NCBI GenBank assembly: GCA_000934665.2
Contig: KZ538397.1
Location: 1 to 64,000 of the forward strand
Length of the DNA: 64,000 nt
Reading direction: 5' to 3'
Source: Catajapyx aquilonaris
Taxonomy: Eukaryota
Shown here in pieces: positions 1 through 11,000 of the stretch (the stretch's first letter is position 1; every line of letters begins with the position of its first letter). The translations under genes and the position numbers were made by a program. The notes beneath the pieces were generated by a model, which was given only the letters and a program-made list of their open reading frames with translations, was not told the origin of the DNA and searched no databases.

Positions 1-623
1 CAACGGCGGAAGTCCGACGTCTCTGCGACGCCGGGAAGTGCGAAATCTTTTTCATCCTATATCCTCCTCCTCGGCGTGGGGCTTTATATATATTAGATAC
101 TTGATATATATACTTGATATTAGATGCAGGGTGACATCGACATCAGGAATTTTTCAGGCTAATCTGCCCTGGAATTATCCAATGAATTGCAACTCCGGAG
201 TTTTACCAACTAAAGTCCTGTTGCACTAACTGTAAGAGTAGACAACTTTTGGATGAAAACATACCACAGAAAATCAAAATTTTACTGTTATCTCCCAACA
301 GAAATGGGAGTTTAAAACAATTCGGTCACTTATCGCAGCCAGTCGGAGTCATAAAATTTTCTGGCCTAGCTAAACACAGACCTAACATAACAAACACGAT
401 TACTATTTTCTCTTTTGCATGCAATGTATGAGGAAATGCGTTAGGTAAACATCCACAAAAAATTTATCACGTCACACACCAAGATCAATCACGGAACATA
501 ACGTTTCCATTGACCAATTTCCTTTCATAATTTACGTACTGTGAACATTTGTTGAACACAGATTTCATCTGGCACTTAATGCACAGATCAAATCTCACGC
601 CCTGGGCATTCAATCTTCACTCA

Positions 624-1169
624 CAAGGGAAGTGTCTGTAGGGCCATCGGCCAATCGGCCCGAAAATGACACTAAGTTATTAATCTTATTATTTACTGAG
701 CTTGTGACTATTAATTTTTCCGAATATGAAGCCATGGAGAGAGTAGGTAAGCATCGGTAGAAGAAAAAAAAGTAAGACACTTCCCAGCAAGCTGTTTATT
801 TATTCCTGTTGATTGCAAAAGGGAAGATATGCGGTGATAAACGGTGTTGGGGAAGAAAGCAAAAGAAAACGATGCTCCGAGACGAGGGAGGGGGGGGGGG
901 AAGTGGCTTCCCGCGGACTTGAACGCGGAGACTTCGGATCATGACGCGGACGCGCTACCGACTGAGCCACGAAGACTGTTTATAATTTCTTCTGCCGAAT
1001 GCGCCCCATTTTCACCGAGCAGGTTTGCCGGGCACATATAGTCGCCCATATCTCGAAAACGCTTGGCTAATGCGACTTTTTACTTTCACCAATGAATTTC
1101 TGGCCTGCGATTTACCCCAAGTGTCATTTTCGGGCCGATTGGCCGATGGCCCTACAGACACTTCCCTTG
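624..1169. mobile_element. Non-autonomous TIR element, perfect 50-bp TIRs (CAAGGGAAGTGTCTGTAGGG...), 3-bp TSD TCA, internal tRNA-like segment
   Basis: 624-673 is the exact reverse complement of 1120-1169; TCA flanks both ends. Confidence 0.85.
904..976 (-). pseudogene. tRNA-derived segment (Met-like, CAT), SINE head or tRNA pseudogene
   Basis: GTCTTCGTGGCTCAGTCGGTAGCGCG...TCATGAT...GTTCAAGTCC with A and B boxes and imperfect stems. Confidence 0.6.
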
Positions 1170-1600
1170 TCAGTTCCTACCCTTTTCTCTTATCCCTTCC
1201 ATACTCCCCCAATGTACATGCCACACATCCATCAAAGATGTCCCCTGAATACTTCAGAAAAAACTAACTCTCTAGTGAACAAGGAATGTGTCAATGAGCT
1301 CTTATGCTTTCCATAGGCAGGTGATCGCTGTGGGGACGAGACAAACAACTGACAAGGATTCTCTCACATTAATAATTGTAGGCCTAATCGCATGCCCACA
1401 GTGTCTCGTTCACACACATCAGCATATGCTTAGATTCTCCTTGCTGAGTACAAAGTTGGGGTCGATTCTACACTTGGTAGGTTCACATGAAACCAATGGG
1501 AGGACAGGTAAATCAGTTCACATCTCATTTTCTGACCCCTCACGCCACAGGTAGTCTATAACTAATGTAGCACACGTGTGAATGGGGCCTTGACGAAAAA

Positions 1601-1726
1601 TCACTTTTCTCCTTTGTGCCTTTTAACAACATGCACTTTCAATTTGCTTGAGCGGCTGAACTTTTTCTCACAAACTTGGCAACAGAATGCCTTCTCCTCG
1701 GTGTGAATCATCAATTGTGTATTCAC
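1601..1726 (-). pseudogene. Zinc-finger remnant ([35 protein letters not shown])
   Basis: Close paralog of the 3585-3671 finger with a degenerate linker and no upstream fingers. Confidence 0.75.
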
Positions 1727-3202
1727 AAGTACAGCATTGCTAGATGCTACAGAGATGGCACAGCCTGTAACTCTAGAGCAGGTAGAAGCCCGGCTGAAAG
1801 TAATGGAGCTGCAGGCATCAGGTTAGTTGCACACAAATTCTCATAATATAATGAAGGGAAATAATCAACCTGGGGGTGAAATACTAAAGCAATGTCAACA
1901 TGTCATACAAATGACAATAATATATTTTCCAATAACATCTAGACTCATTTGCCATTATGAGGATGAGGGATGTAAAACAAAATTGTGAACTTATTGTTTT
2001 CTTGACACATTTGCCATTTATTTGTCAGGATAACTTATTATAGAATTCCATATTGAAAAATTTAAGCTTAGCATCGAGCACATGTAAATTTCCATCGCTT
2101 TGGAAACAGCAGTTGCTAAAGGAAGCTTGCACAATCTGGAAATTGCATGAAATATTTATTCCTGTTGCTTAATTGTCACATCCTTACATCACAGGTCACT
2201 GACTTTTGATCTGATGTGGGTGACACTAATTCACATAAATTGTGAGGGTTTGCAGTTCTTGGCAAGAAAAATCACTTTGTCACTTCCTACTTCCTATACC
2301 TAGGTGAACAACTTTTCATTCCATCCACTCAAGTATAAATGCATGAACCCAAACAAGACAACAATGCTGCACTATTATGACAATTCTTTCATGATTTAGA
2401 ATTCCAGAATCAAGTCATGAGGAACCAAGGAATATTCCAAGTGTCTCTGAAACAGTTGCGCACTACCTGTGATGCTATACTGACACATCTTAGTGCAGCA
2501 CAGACCTTCTCGTCTTCTGGTGCAGAGCGTGACCCAAAAGGTATGTGGTGTTACTAGGGTTGTATAGTATATATTGCCTTGCAAGTGATTTTTGTCCTTG
2601 CAGTAACTGTGTGCTTTCTTGTAAGGAAGGCCATTAGGCATTTTTAATGAATCAGTAAAATACTTGTTCTGAATAACTGACCCGATCTTGTAAAACTTAT
2701 CCTACCCAATAGTGTATCTAACGAGAATACACTCTGTGGACAAAAATAATTTAGCGGTTATATACTAAACAACGGCCATTTTCAGCCTCTATTCATGTCA
2801 GTCTTGCATGTTCAATGCATTATTGTTATTCATTGCTGAAAAATGGCTTGCTCTTATCAAGGTATATATACATATTACTCTCTCTCTCTACCTTACTTTT
2901 TATCCCACAGATTCACAATAATTTACACTTCCATTTGACATACAGCCAAAAGTGATGATGAGTTTCAGTTTATAGAAGGAAAGTTGCAATCCGAACCAGG
3001 AATGAAGGCAATCTTGGTGAGAATAGCCTCCTCTACATTGAAACATAACATCAATCAATGGAATAATGCATTTCTCCATTTCTCACTATTCATACCATGG
3101 ACACTTCTCAATATTATGGTACTGTACATGATTTACATTGTCTGTCATTTTCTCTCATAGCATTATTAAATGTGATGATCAAGCACCTGACATTCTATTC
3201 TA

Positions 3203-3304
3203 ATAGTTCTCGTAATGGGGGCTCCCACACTCAGATATGACCACATCACAAATTTTGTGATGTCGTCATATCTGAGTGTGAGCGAACCCCATTACGACAA
3301 CTAT
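3203..3304. repeat. ~100-bp hairpin (MITE-like)
   Basis: CGTAATGGGG...CACACTCAGATATGA arm mirrored by TCATATCTGAGTGTG...CCCCATTACG. Confidence 0.75.
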
Positions 3305-3584
3305 GAGACATTACAAAATAATATCTAGTAGACATGAACGGCAGATGTCTACTAGACATCAGAAACTGATGTTTCCTAGATATCATCGAAATATGTCTAC
3401 TTGACATCTCCATACATCACATAGACCTCTAAAAGTGGGACATTCGCTACTCTCCTAGATATCTATTAAGTTAGATATATTTCGAGATTCTGTAGATATC
3501 TACAGATATAGGTCTCCTATATATATCATATCTCATTGATGTCTCCTAGATGTCGTGGTGCTACCTGGGTAAAAATAAGTTTTC

Positions 3585-3671
3585 TTATTTGTGCGTTCTA
3601 ACATGCACTTTCAAATTGCCTGAGTTACTGAACTTTTTCTCACAAACCTGGCAACTGAATGGTTTCTCCCC
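3585..3671 (-). pseudogene. Out-of-frame fifth zinc finger ([28 protein letters not shown])
   Basis: Intact finger in a shifted frame directly after CAC TCC TGA A. Confidence 0.85.
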
Positions 3672-3672
3672 T

Positions 3673-4071
3673 TCAGGAGTGTGTTCTCATGTGTCTATTA
3701 AAATTTCCAGACATTCGAAACTCTCTATTGCAAATCGGGCAACGGAAAGGCTTCTCCCCTGTATGAGTTCTCATGTGTGTATTCAAGTTACCCGACGCTC
3801 TAAACTCTCTCTTGCAAATCAGGCAACTGAAAGGCTTCTCCCCTGTGTGGGTTCTCATGTGTCTCTTCAGAGTTCCTAGCTCTCCAAACTCGCTCTTGCA
3901 TATCTGGCAACTGAATGGCTTCTCCCCTGTGTGGGTTCTCATGTGACGTTGGAAATAACTCATGTTACGACACATCCTCTTGCAAATATGACAAACCTTC
4001 TTCCCGGAGTGTCTCCCTCTGTCCTTGTCTTGCTGGGGCCTGTCCTGCATGTTGTCTTCAGCACCTTTTCC
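3673..4071 (-). CDS. C2H2 (Kruppel-type) zinc-finger terminal exon, 4 intact fingers, truncated before a fifth; possibly a pseudogene
   Basis: ttatttcag acceptor at 4072-4074; CxxC...HxxxH fingers with HTGEKPF linkers; TGA at 3675-3673; upstream exons not firmly identified. Confidence 0.85.
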   Translation of the reverse strand, partial: GKGAEDNMQDRPQQDKDRGRHSGKKVCHICKRMCRNMSYFQRHMRTHTGEKPFSCQICKSEFGELGTLKRHMRTHTGEKPFSCLICKREFRASGNLNTHMRTHTGEKPFRCPICNREFRMSGNFNRHMRTHS

Positions 4072-5162
4072 CTGAAATAAATGCAAGTGTACATGAAGGG
4101 AGATGTTGGGACATGGTTTCACAATTATACAACCTAATTACTGGCGCATTTCATGTGCAATGAGCCACCTTTCATCCTCGCTAATTTTCACTAAAGAATT
4201 CTTGCAGGATTACTTTTGCAGGGGTCCACCATAATATTTAGTGTAAGTGATTCCTAATAATATTACTATACTGTATATAAAATGCGAAACGCATACAGAA
4301 TTTTGCTTAATTACATATGCAACCTAGTACGAGTATATTGTACACAAAAACCACGACTTTGCAGTTATTTTCCAACTTAATATGGCCACAGAAATGGAGA
4401 GGAGTATTGGAAAAAAAATTATGTATTACTTGGATAAGTGTCCCAGTAGTCGACACTGGAAACTGGGAAGCTAAGAAAGCAGTGCCAGATCTACGTTTAA
4501 TTTCAGAGGGGGGACAGAAACTTTTGTTGCCACCCCCACCCCCTCATTTTAAAACGTTCACTTCATTTTTTTGACATGGATGTTCAGTACTTCAGGCAAT
4601 TTAAAAAACTACCAGGCAGGCAGGCACCATAATATCACTGTAGTACAACAGACAGTAAATGGTGTGAACTAGACTTGTGAGGATAGAGTGAACCCGGAAA
4701 ACCGGAAGTGGCAGGTCACCGGAAATTGGCCATGACACCTATTTAGGTCACGTATAATAATTCGAAGATGAAAACTGCTTGCCGCTATCTGTTGCGGTTG
4801 AGGCCCGGATACTTGTCAACAGTGAACAGACGCACAGACAGAGCCGTTCTATAAGACTTTTTTTGATGATGATTTTAAAAAATCTGAAAAGGGAGCAAGC
4901 ATGTGATGCACTATTGAGCGCGCCGGATCTGACGTCACTCATATCTCGAAAATGGCTGCGCAGTGAGTGTTTTTACGGTCACCAGTGAATTCTACAGATG
5001 TGATTTACCCGCTGAGCGCCTTTTGTTCAAATCCGTTAACATCCCAAAGTCTTGCATATCTTGTCACAAACGTACGTCACACATAAAAATATTTTGTTCA
5101 GTGTGAGCTCTGGCCTTCTTTTCCCCATCAAACACATTCACACTCTCTTGAATATCATTTAA

Positions 5163-6796
5163 GGCGAGACCCTACTGAAAAAAATATACATGTTGATACT
5201 GAACGTATCAACGCATCATGTTAGTACCATGTTGAAGATACTTTAAGAATATCCTAAAACAATTTTTAATTAAGTTACACAGTAGGCCTATTCAGTTGGT
5301 GAGATTTTATGGCCTATATAACACATTCTTCATCGATAATTTGTAAATGCTCTGTGCGTCTATAAAAGTGATTCAGACATCAGATATTTTTCTCACACAC
5401 TAATACAACCTTAATAAACAGAACTGAGCATTGGCAATAGCAGATGTTGAGCAATTTTATCTGCAGATTTTTTAATGTGCACTTACTAAAGTATAATTTC
5501 AAAATATGGCAATTTTCCTTGAACAAATATTTGCATTAAAAAAAGTTGTCAAGTTACGGTAAAGGCCAAACTCAGTTTTGTTCCTCTCACCTTGAACATG
5601 ATTTGTCCAAATACCTAACCCTCTACGACAAAAACTGAGACGCATGGGAACTCTTGGAACGCTGAAAACGGTTGTTTTGAAAAAAAACACATTTGAAAAT
5701 TGATAAACAGATTTGTTCAATTTTTTATAACATTCCAGCAGCATATGTTGGTTCCTCCCCCTTTTTTTGGCTGCTTCAGCAGTCTTGGCCATGTGAATAT
5801 ATTATCTTGCCCGCTCTCTTGCTGGCTACAGCTTCACTTTGTACCTCACTCTTCCTCTTCCTCCTCTCATCCCTTATTCTCTTGCTAAGAGCAACGTTGG
5901 CTTCAGACAGGGATTCCCCTTGCACACTAGGGACATGATATCTCATGTGTTATGGGAGGTGGCTTGTGTCCTTGGCAACCATAATTATTAGCCCTGGCCC
6001 CTGCCGGTTGACCAATCAGGATTCGATTTCAAAGGAGATGGGCGTTATGTCTAAAACCTCAAGAATGAGGGGAAATATTTCCCCACCAATAATTCTAAAT
6101 TCCATACAAAAACCTCAGCAGGGAGCGGGACTAATTATGGTTGCCAAGGACACAAGCCACCTCCCCAAACGCATGAGTTATCTTACCCGTACTGTACCTC
6201 TGCTTGGCATCAGCCATCTCAATGATGTTTTTTGACACAATGCGGTGTTTTGGTTGGTAGTCCTACACCACTTGCTATTGCTCAGCAACGTTGGAGAAGA
6301 GTACGGCTGTACGGGTAACGGCAGTACGACTCAAGTACGCGCAGTCTCAACAACAACAAACTATTGCTCAACCTCCTTGCTAGTATCACTGCCTCTGACA
6401 GCACAGCTGACAGCAGGCTATTCCAGCATGCTGAGCTGCTGAGGCGACAATGCACCTCCCCGATATGGCACCTCCCCATTCCCCAGCATCATCTATTGTT
6501 AGACCACGAAGATTTCGGCCGGGAATTTGAATCTGACTGAGGTGGTCGCTCATCATGCGTATGAGACGGTTTGGGACCACACAGAAAAATGGGGTAATTA
6601 GGAATCAAGGAATCCCTGCATTTTGGTGATTTGGGGGTCATGCGGAATTCTGGGGCATTTTTAAAGCACTTTCATGAGTCGCCAGGTACTAAATTGCGTG
6701 TTTCCTATCAGTTGAGGGCCCAGATACGCTAAAAAAATGCAAAAACTAAAATCGCATTTTTTAGTCAAAATCAAGATATTTCAGTAGGGTCTCGCC
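5163..6796 (-). mobile_element. Kolobok-like DNA transposon remnant with decayed transposase
   Basis: TTAA|GGCGAGACCCTACTGAAA ... TTTCAGTAGGGTCTCGCC|TTAA; internal stop-ridden frame ending ...RDERRKRKSE...EEPTYAAGML*. Confidence 0.75.
5941..6178. mobile_element. MITE with ~65-bp TIRs and TA TSD nested in the Kolobok-like element
   Basis: CTCATGTGTTATGGGAGGTGGCTTGTGTCCTTGGCAACCATAATTA mirrored at 6132-6178; TA on both flanks. Confidence 0.8.
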
Positions 6797-7906
6797 TTAA
6801 ACAAAAAAGCATAAAACAGTTAAAAAGACTATTGATCTTGTCGGGGGGGGGGGGGAGGGTGNCCCCCCCCCCCCCCCAAGCTGAAGCAAGAAACAGAAAA
6901 ATGGCCATTTCGCAATTGTACTTTACTTGCTTATATCCGATGTGCTTACAAAGTTTAAAATTTTTCGACTGCGGCGGGCTTTTTTCGTTTTTTTTATTAT
7001 TATTATTATTTTTTTATTTTTTTTTGGGGGGGGCGGGGGGGGGGAGCGCGGCGACAAATCACCCCCCGACAAGGACGTCTGGATCCGCCACTGTCACCAC
7101 AGCTGCTTTCAATGCTCTGTAACCTTACAAAATCACCCACCTTTCCTTGATCTGGACTCTCATCTGAATGGTTCGGCTTTGCCATCCTGAAACGCCTCAG
7201 GATTTCCGTTGTGCTTGGACCTTGAACTGTATCTGGTGGCTCCGGTTTGACACTGATGGTCAAAATCAAACCACGGTCCACAGAGGCATTTTCTCCTGTA
7301 TCATACAATCATCCTATAACGCCTGCTGCTGCCACTTCAAAGAAAAAGTTCATTTTCAAATGCTGATTTTTCAGTGTGGAATTTCTAATGTAAGTGGGTA
7401 AAAACTTACTTTCATTTTTCACCTAATATAATAAGAAACAGCTTAGAATCGAAATTACCGTGGGCCATTACAAAATAAATCCTAGAAGAGAGCTTTCATT
7501 TCCTTCATGTGGTACTTCGCAAACATTTTCTTAAAAATTGTGTAGTGTTCATAATACAGTAAACTCCCATTGTAAAAAAATAAGCTTCCGAATGAATCAA
7601 TAGCGATGGAACATTTCTAAACCTTTCCCAATTTATTGAATGAAATTATTTTCCAACTTGTCAGCATCCCAGTACTTACTTGTGCGTCCTGAACCACCGT
7701 CAGAAAAAGTCTGCCTTAAAACATACTGCAAGCAAGTGGGTTAATATTTTTGTGTTACAGAGGAACAACACTATCAAACACATTCGAGAACCGTATGACT
7801 ATATCATGCTAATGTTCGCTTACAAAGTGGTCTCCCCTGGTCTCCCCATTATTTAAAAGTGAATGTTATAATAAATGGTGCACTGTCTTTTATCGTTTTA
7901 GGTATA

Positions 7907-8024
7907 TAGTCTGGTGACCCGGGGTAGCTTGCCCCCTGGGGTAACCGGTTGTTTACTGCTATCCTTTTACATATGCTGCCATGGTGATTGCCCCCGGGCA
8001 AGCTTACCCGGGGTCACCAGACTA
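7907..8024. mobile_element. Short TIR element with TAGTCTGGTGACCC termini (Academ-like TAG...CTA ends)
   Basis: Inverted ends of about 30 bp; no TSD seen. Confidence 0.6.
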
Positions 8025-11000
8025 GGGGCCTTAATTTCTTCCCCAAACTGAGAGCTAGCTGAAATTACACTTTATGACAAGTACATGAGTACATTTTGCA
8101 CCAAATGGATGTTGAGCATCGCACATTTTACAATGCCAAAGATCCATTTGATTTATTGTATTATGGTCCTTCAAGTTATTTCCTGTCACTCACAGGCACA
8201 CACTCTTGCAATATATTTGCAAAAACGTGTAGATTGAGGAACCACTTTATTTTCTCAGGTTTATGGCGGAAACGCGCTGACCTAAATGTGGCAGAAACAT
8301 TTTTATTCCAGATTTTTTCCCACCTTGGCAGTAGGGAAGTCTTCTGAAAACATGGAATATACTTCGACAGCTGTCTGTCAGTTCTCAACAAGAGAATATT
8401 TGTGTAATTAATAATACATAAAACACAATAACTCATTCCAAAGTTTTCTTCATTCATTGTCAAGCATTCTTGAAAACCTACAGATACAATATGGTCACTT
8501 TGCACGTTGAGGAGCATTAATAAGCCATCATAAGCCCAAGAACGTAGGTAACTCTGCAATATGTCAGCACACGTGTATAATATGTGTTACATTCAACGAA
8601 CGGATTATTACAAAACTATGCACGGGTAAGCTTACAAGGCTCATAATTATTAACTGATACACAACTATGAGCACCAAGGTACGATCCAACACATAATACA
8701 AGGTACAGTAGTTGAGAAACACATGTTTGAGATAAGAGGAAGGGGAGGGGGGAGGATAACAACTTGCGCATGAAAAGGCCTATTGCTTCTAGTGGGTCAG
8801 GAGAGGTATTTTCTCAAATTTCATCAGCATGACAAAGGCAATGGCGTGTTAGGAAATCAAATAATATTATGTAAAAAAAAACAGCAAATTTTGGACAAGC
8901 ATTTTCTTATACATCAAGTGCAGTACCATTACAAAGCAATGATTCAAACATGCCCAATATGTTAAGAGAGCTGATCTTTTATCCCTGCCCTTCTACGACA
9001 GTTGGAACACACTTGTTGACCCCTGATACAAACATAATACACTACACATTGTTAATGATCGTGTAGGTACAGCGATTAGAAGCAGTCGCTGCAATGTATG
9101 ATGGCAGATGCTACACCGTACAGCTATTAACTATTACATGCAGGCATGAATGGTAGTCACACAAACTGATAGCTGTTTGACCCTCCAAGCACCTTTAACA
9201 TCAAGTGAAGAGTATAGTGACAATGAGCCAATGTTGCAATGGAGATGTAAAAATTATTCGGAAAAAACATTAGAACTATAATTATTCCCACACGATAGCC
9301 ATGTTGTCAAAGACGTTTTAGTAAAAGCAAGTACAGTCATACAGTAGATTGATAACTGGCAGGCCTGAAAATTTACCTAGCGATGTTCACTACTTTTAGT
9401 GTACGTTCTATATTAGGTATTTGAGGCTTGTTACTTTCGTACGTGTGCTCTTACATTAGTGCTTTCAGCGAATTGTTGGCAAAACCTTCTGTTAAAATCT
9501 CGGGACTGCATGACTGTGTACCACAGTAGAGATTTTTGCATTACTCTGTTTATTCTACTACCTAGATGCAAAATTATAAGGAATAGTCTCTAAAAACACA
9601 ACGGTATTGTAACGTACAATTATGCCATTTACATTAAAATACTTATGCAGGCATGTTTGTATTAAAGTGCAAAATTCCTTAAAGCAGTAGTAAATTCTGA
9701 TGCCTACACTGGGTAATAAAGTACATTACAAACTCGCTCCGTGATTCTACACAGCAGCACAATGAAATAGTGACTTGGTTATGGGGGATTTCTGGCACAC
9801 TATAAGTTATTTTTCATCTTGATTAGTGATGGCTTTCCTAATTTTTATATTGCGATATCCTTGTACTGGGTCAGAGATGAAATAAGTGAACATCTTACAG
9901 GTACACAAATCGCTTTTGTTGTTTGCATCTGCATGCTGTTTTAAGTGAGACTCTTGCAAATGATATCATTTGAACAACCATGTTACGCTGAAAATTTGTT
10001 TTCTATCCAAATGTTCCAGCACATCCAGTATTTCAACAGACCTGCACATCATATTCTTCATGGTGGTTCAGTAACACCGACACTGGATCAGTTATGGGAA
10101 AATCCACACAAAACATTAGTCATTTTCATAATGCTCATCAAGGTTTATCACGACTGTATATTAATTATGTACAAGATTTTTCTATTTATGAGGCAGCTTT
10201 TTTATTGGAATAGTTTGGCTCCAGTCTCCGTCGCTTCCTGGCTACAAATTAGAATAATGTTGGGGAGTAGACACTACACATATCGTGGCAAGATTGGTTG
10301 ACATATCACGGCATACTCGATCCAATACATTTTAGCAGTCCAGTGGGGTATGGGGTGGGAAAATGATAAGATGTGGTGGGTCAGGCAGCTGCGAGCTATT
10401 GGATCGAATGTAGGCTACTTCATTTATCGACATTGATTCTGCGCCATTTTTTTAAATAGAAGAAATACAAAAAATATATACGCAAATCGATTTTCAGAAT
10501 TTTTCTTAATGCCTTCCGAACGTTCCTTAATGTCGTTCCGAATTTTTCTTAAATGTCTTCAAATTACTCCGGCGCATTTATCATCAATCGAGCAGACTCT
10601 GGACATTCTGCCATTCAAATAGTGTCAAAAAATTCTATGAAACAATATGACAGTGGAAAAAGTCAATGAGAAAAACGGGAGCGGCTGTGAGCCCTCTAGA
10701 TGCTTGAAATAATTATGGTGTGGTATTTAGCAACAACGACACAAAATGCCTCAGCCATGTTAGATATTAGCATAAACAACTGTTCTATTGGAAATGAGGC
10801 TACCTACAAAACTATACGTAATGTTCATATGAGTAGAAGTTACACATACCACAATAAAATATTTCGCCATTTTTTATATATCTCGCGGTTCTTTTACCCC
10901 TTTAACTGGGAGAATAATTCATTTGATAAACAAATAATTCTTACAGCATATCATCGATGGAATATAGAGAAATTAACATGACAATGAACACAGTGCTCAT

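Noticed and set aside
3320..3571. Short CTAGA/GATATC-rich repeats that superficially resemble an array
   Set aside because: No constant repeat-spacer periodicity; more like a degenerate MITE interior ending GCTACCTGGGTA, and CRISPR is implausible in this eukaryotic context
5725..6580. First read as a decayed exon of the zinc-finger gene
   Set aside because: Lies between TTAA-flanked TIRs and is better explained as a transposase remnant
6841..7045. Long G and C runs suggesting G-quadruplexes
   Set aside because: Homopolymers inside a CAGTGGCGGATCC-type repeat with an N at 6862; run lengths are unreliable
7094..7735. Possible upstream exons of the zinc-finger gene (VKPEPP-containing frame at about 7100-7308; small AG/GT-bounded segment at about 7680-7735)
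   Set aside because: Could not build a stop-free, phase-consistent path to the exon at 4071; left unannotated
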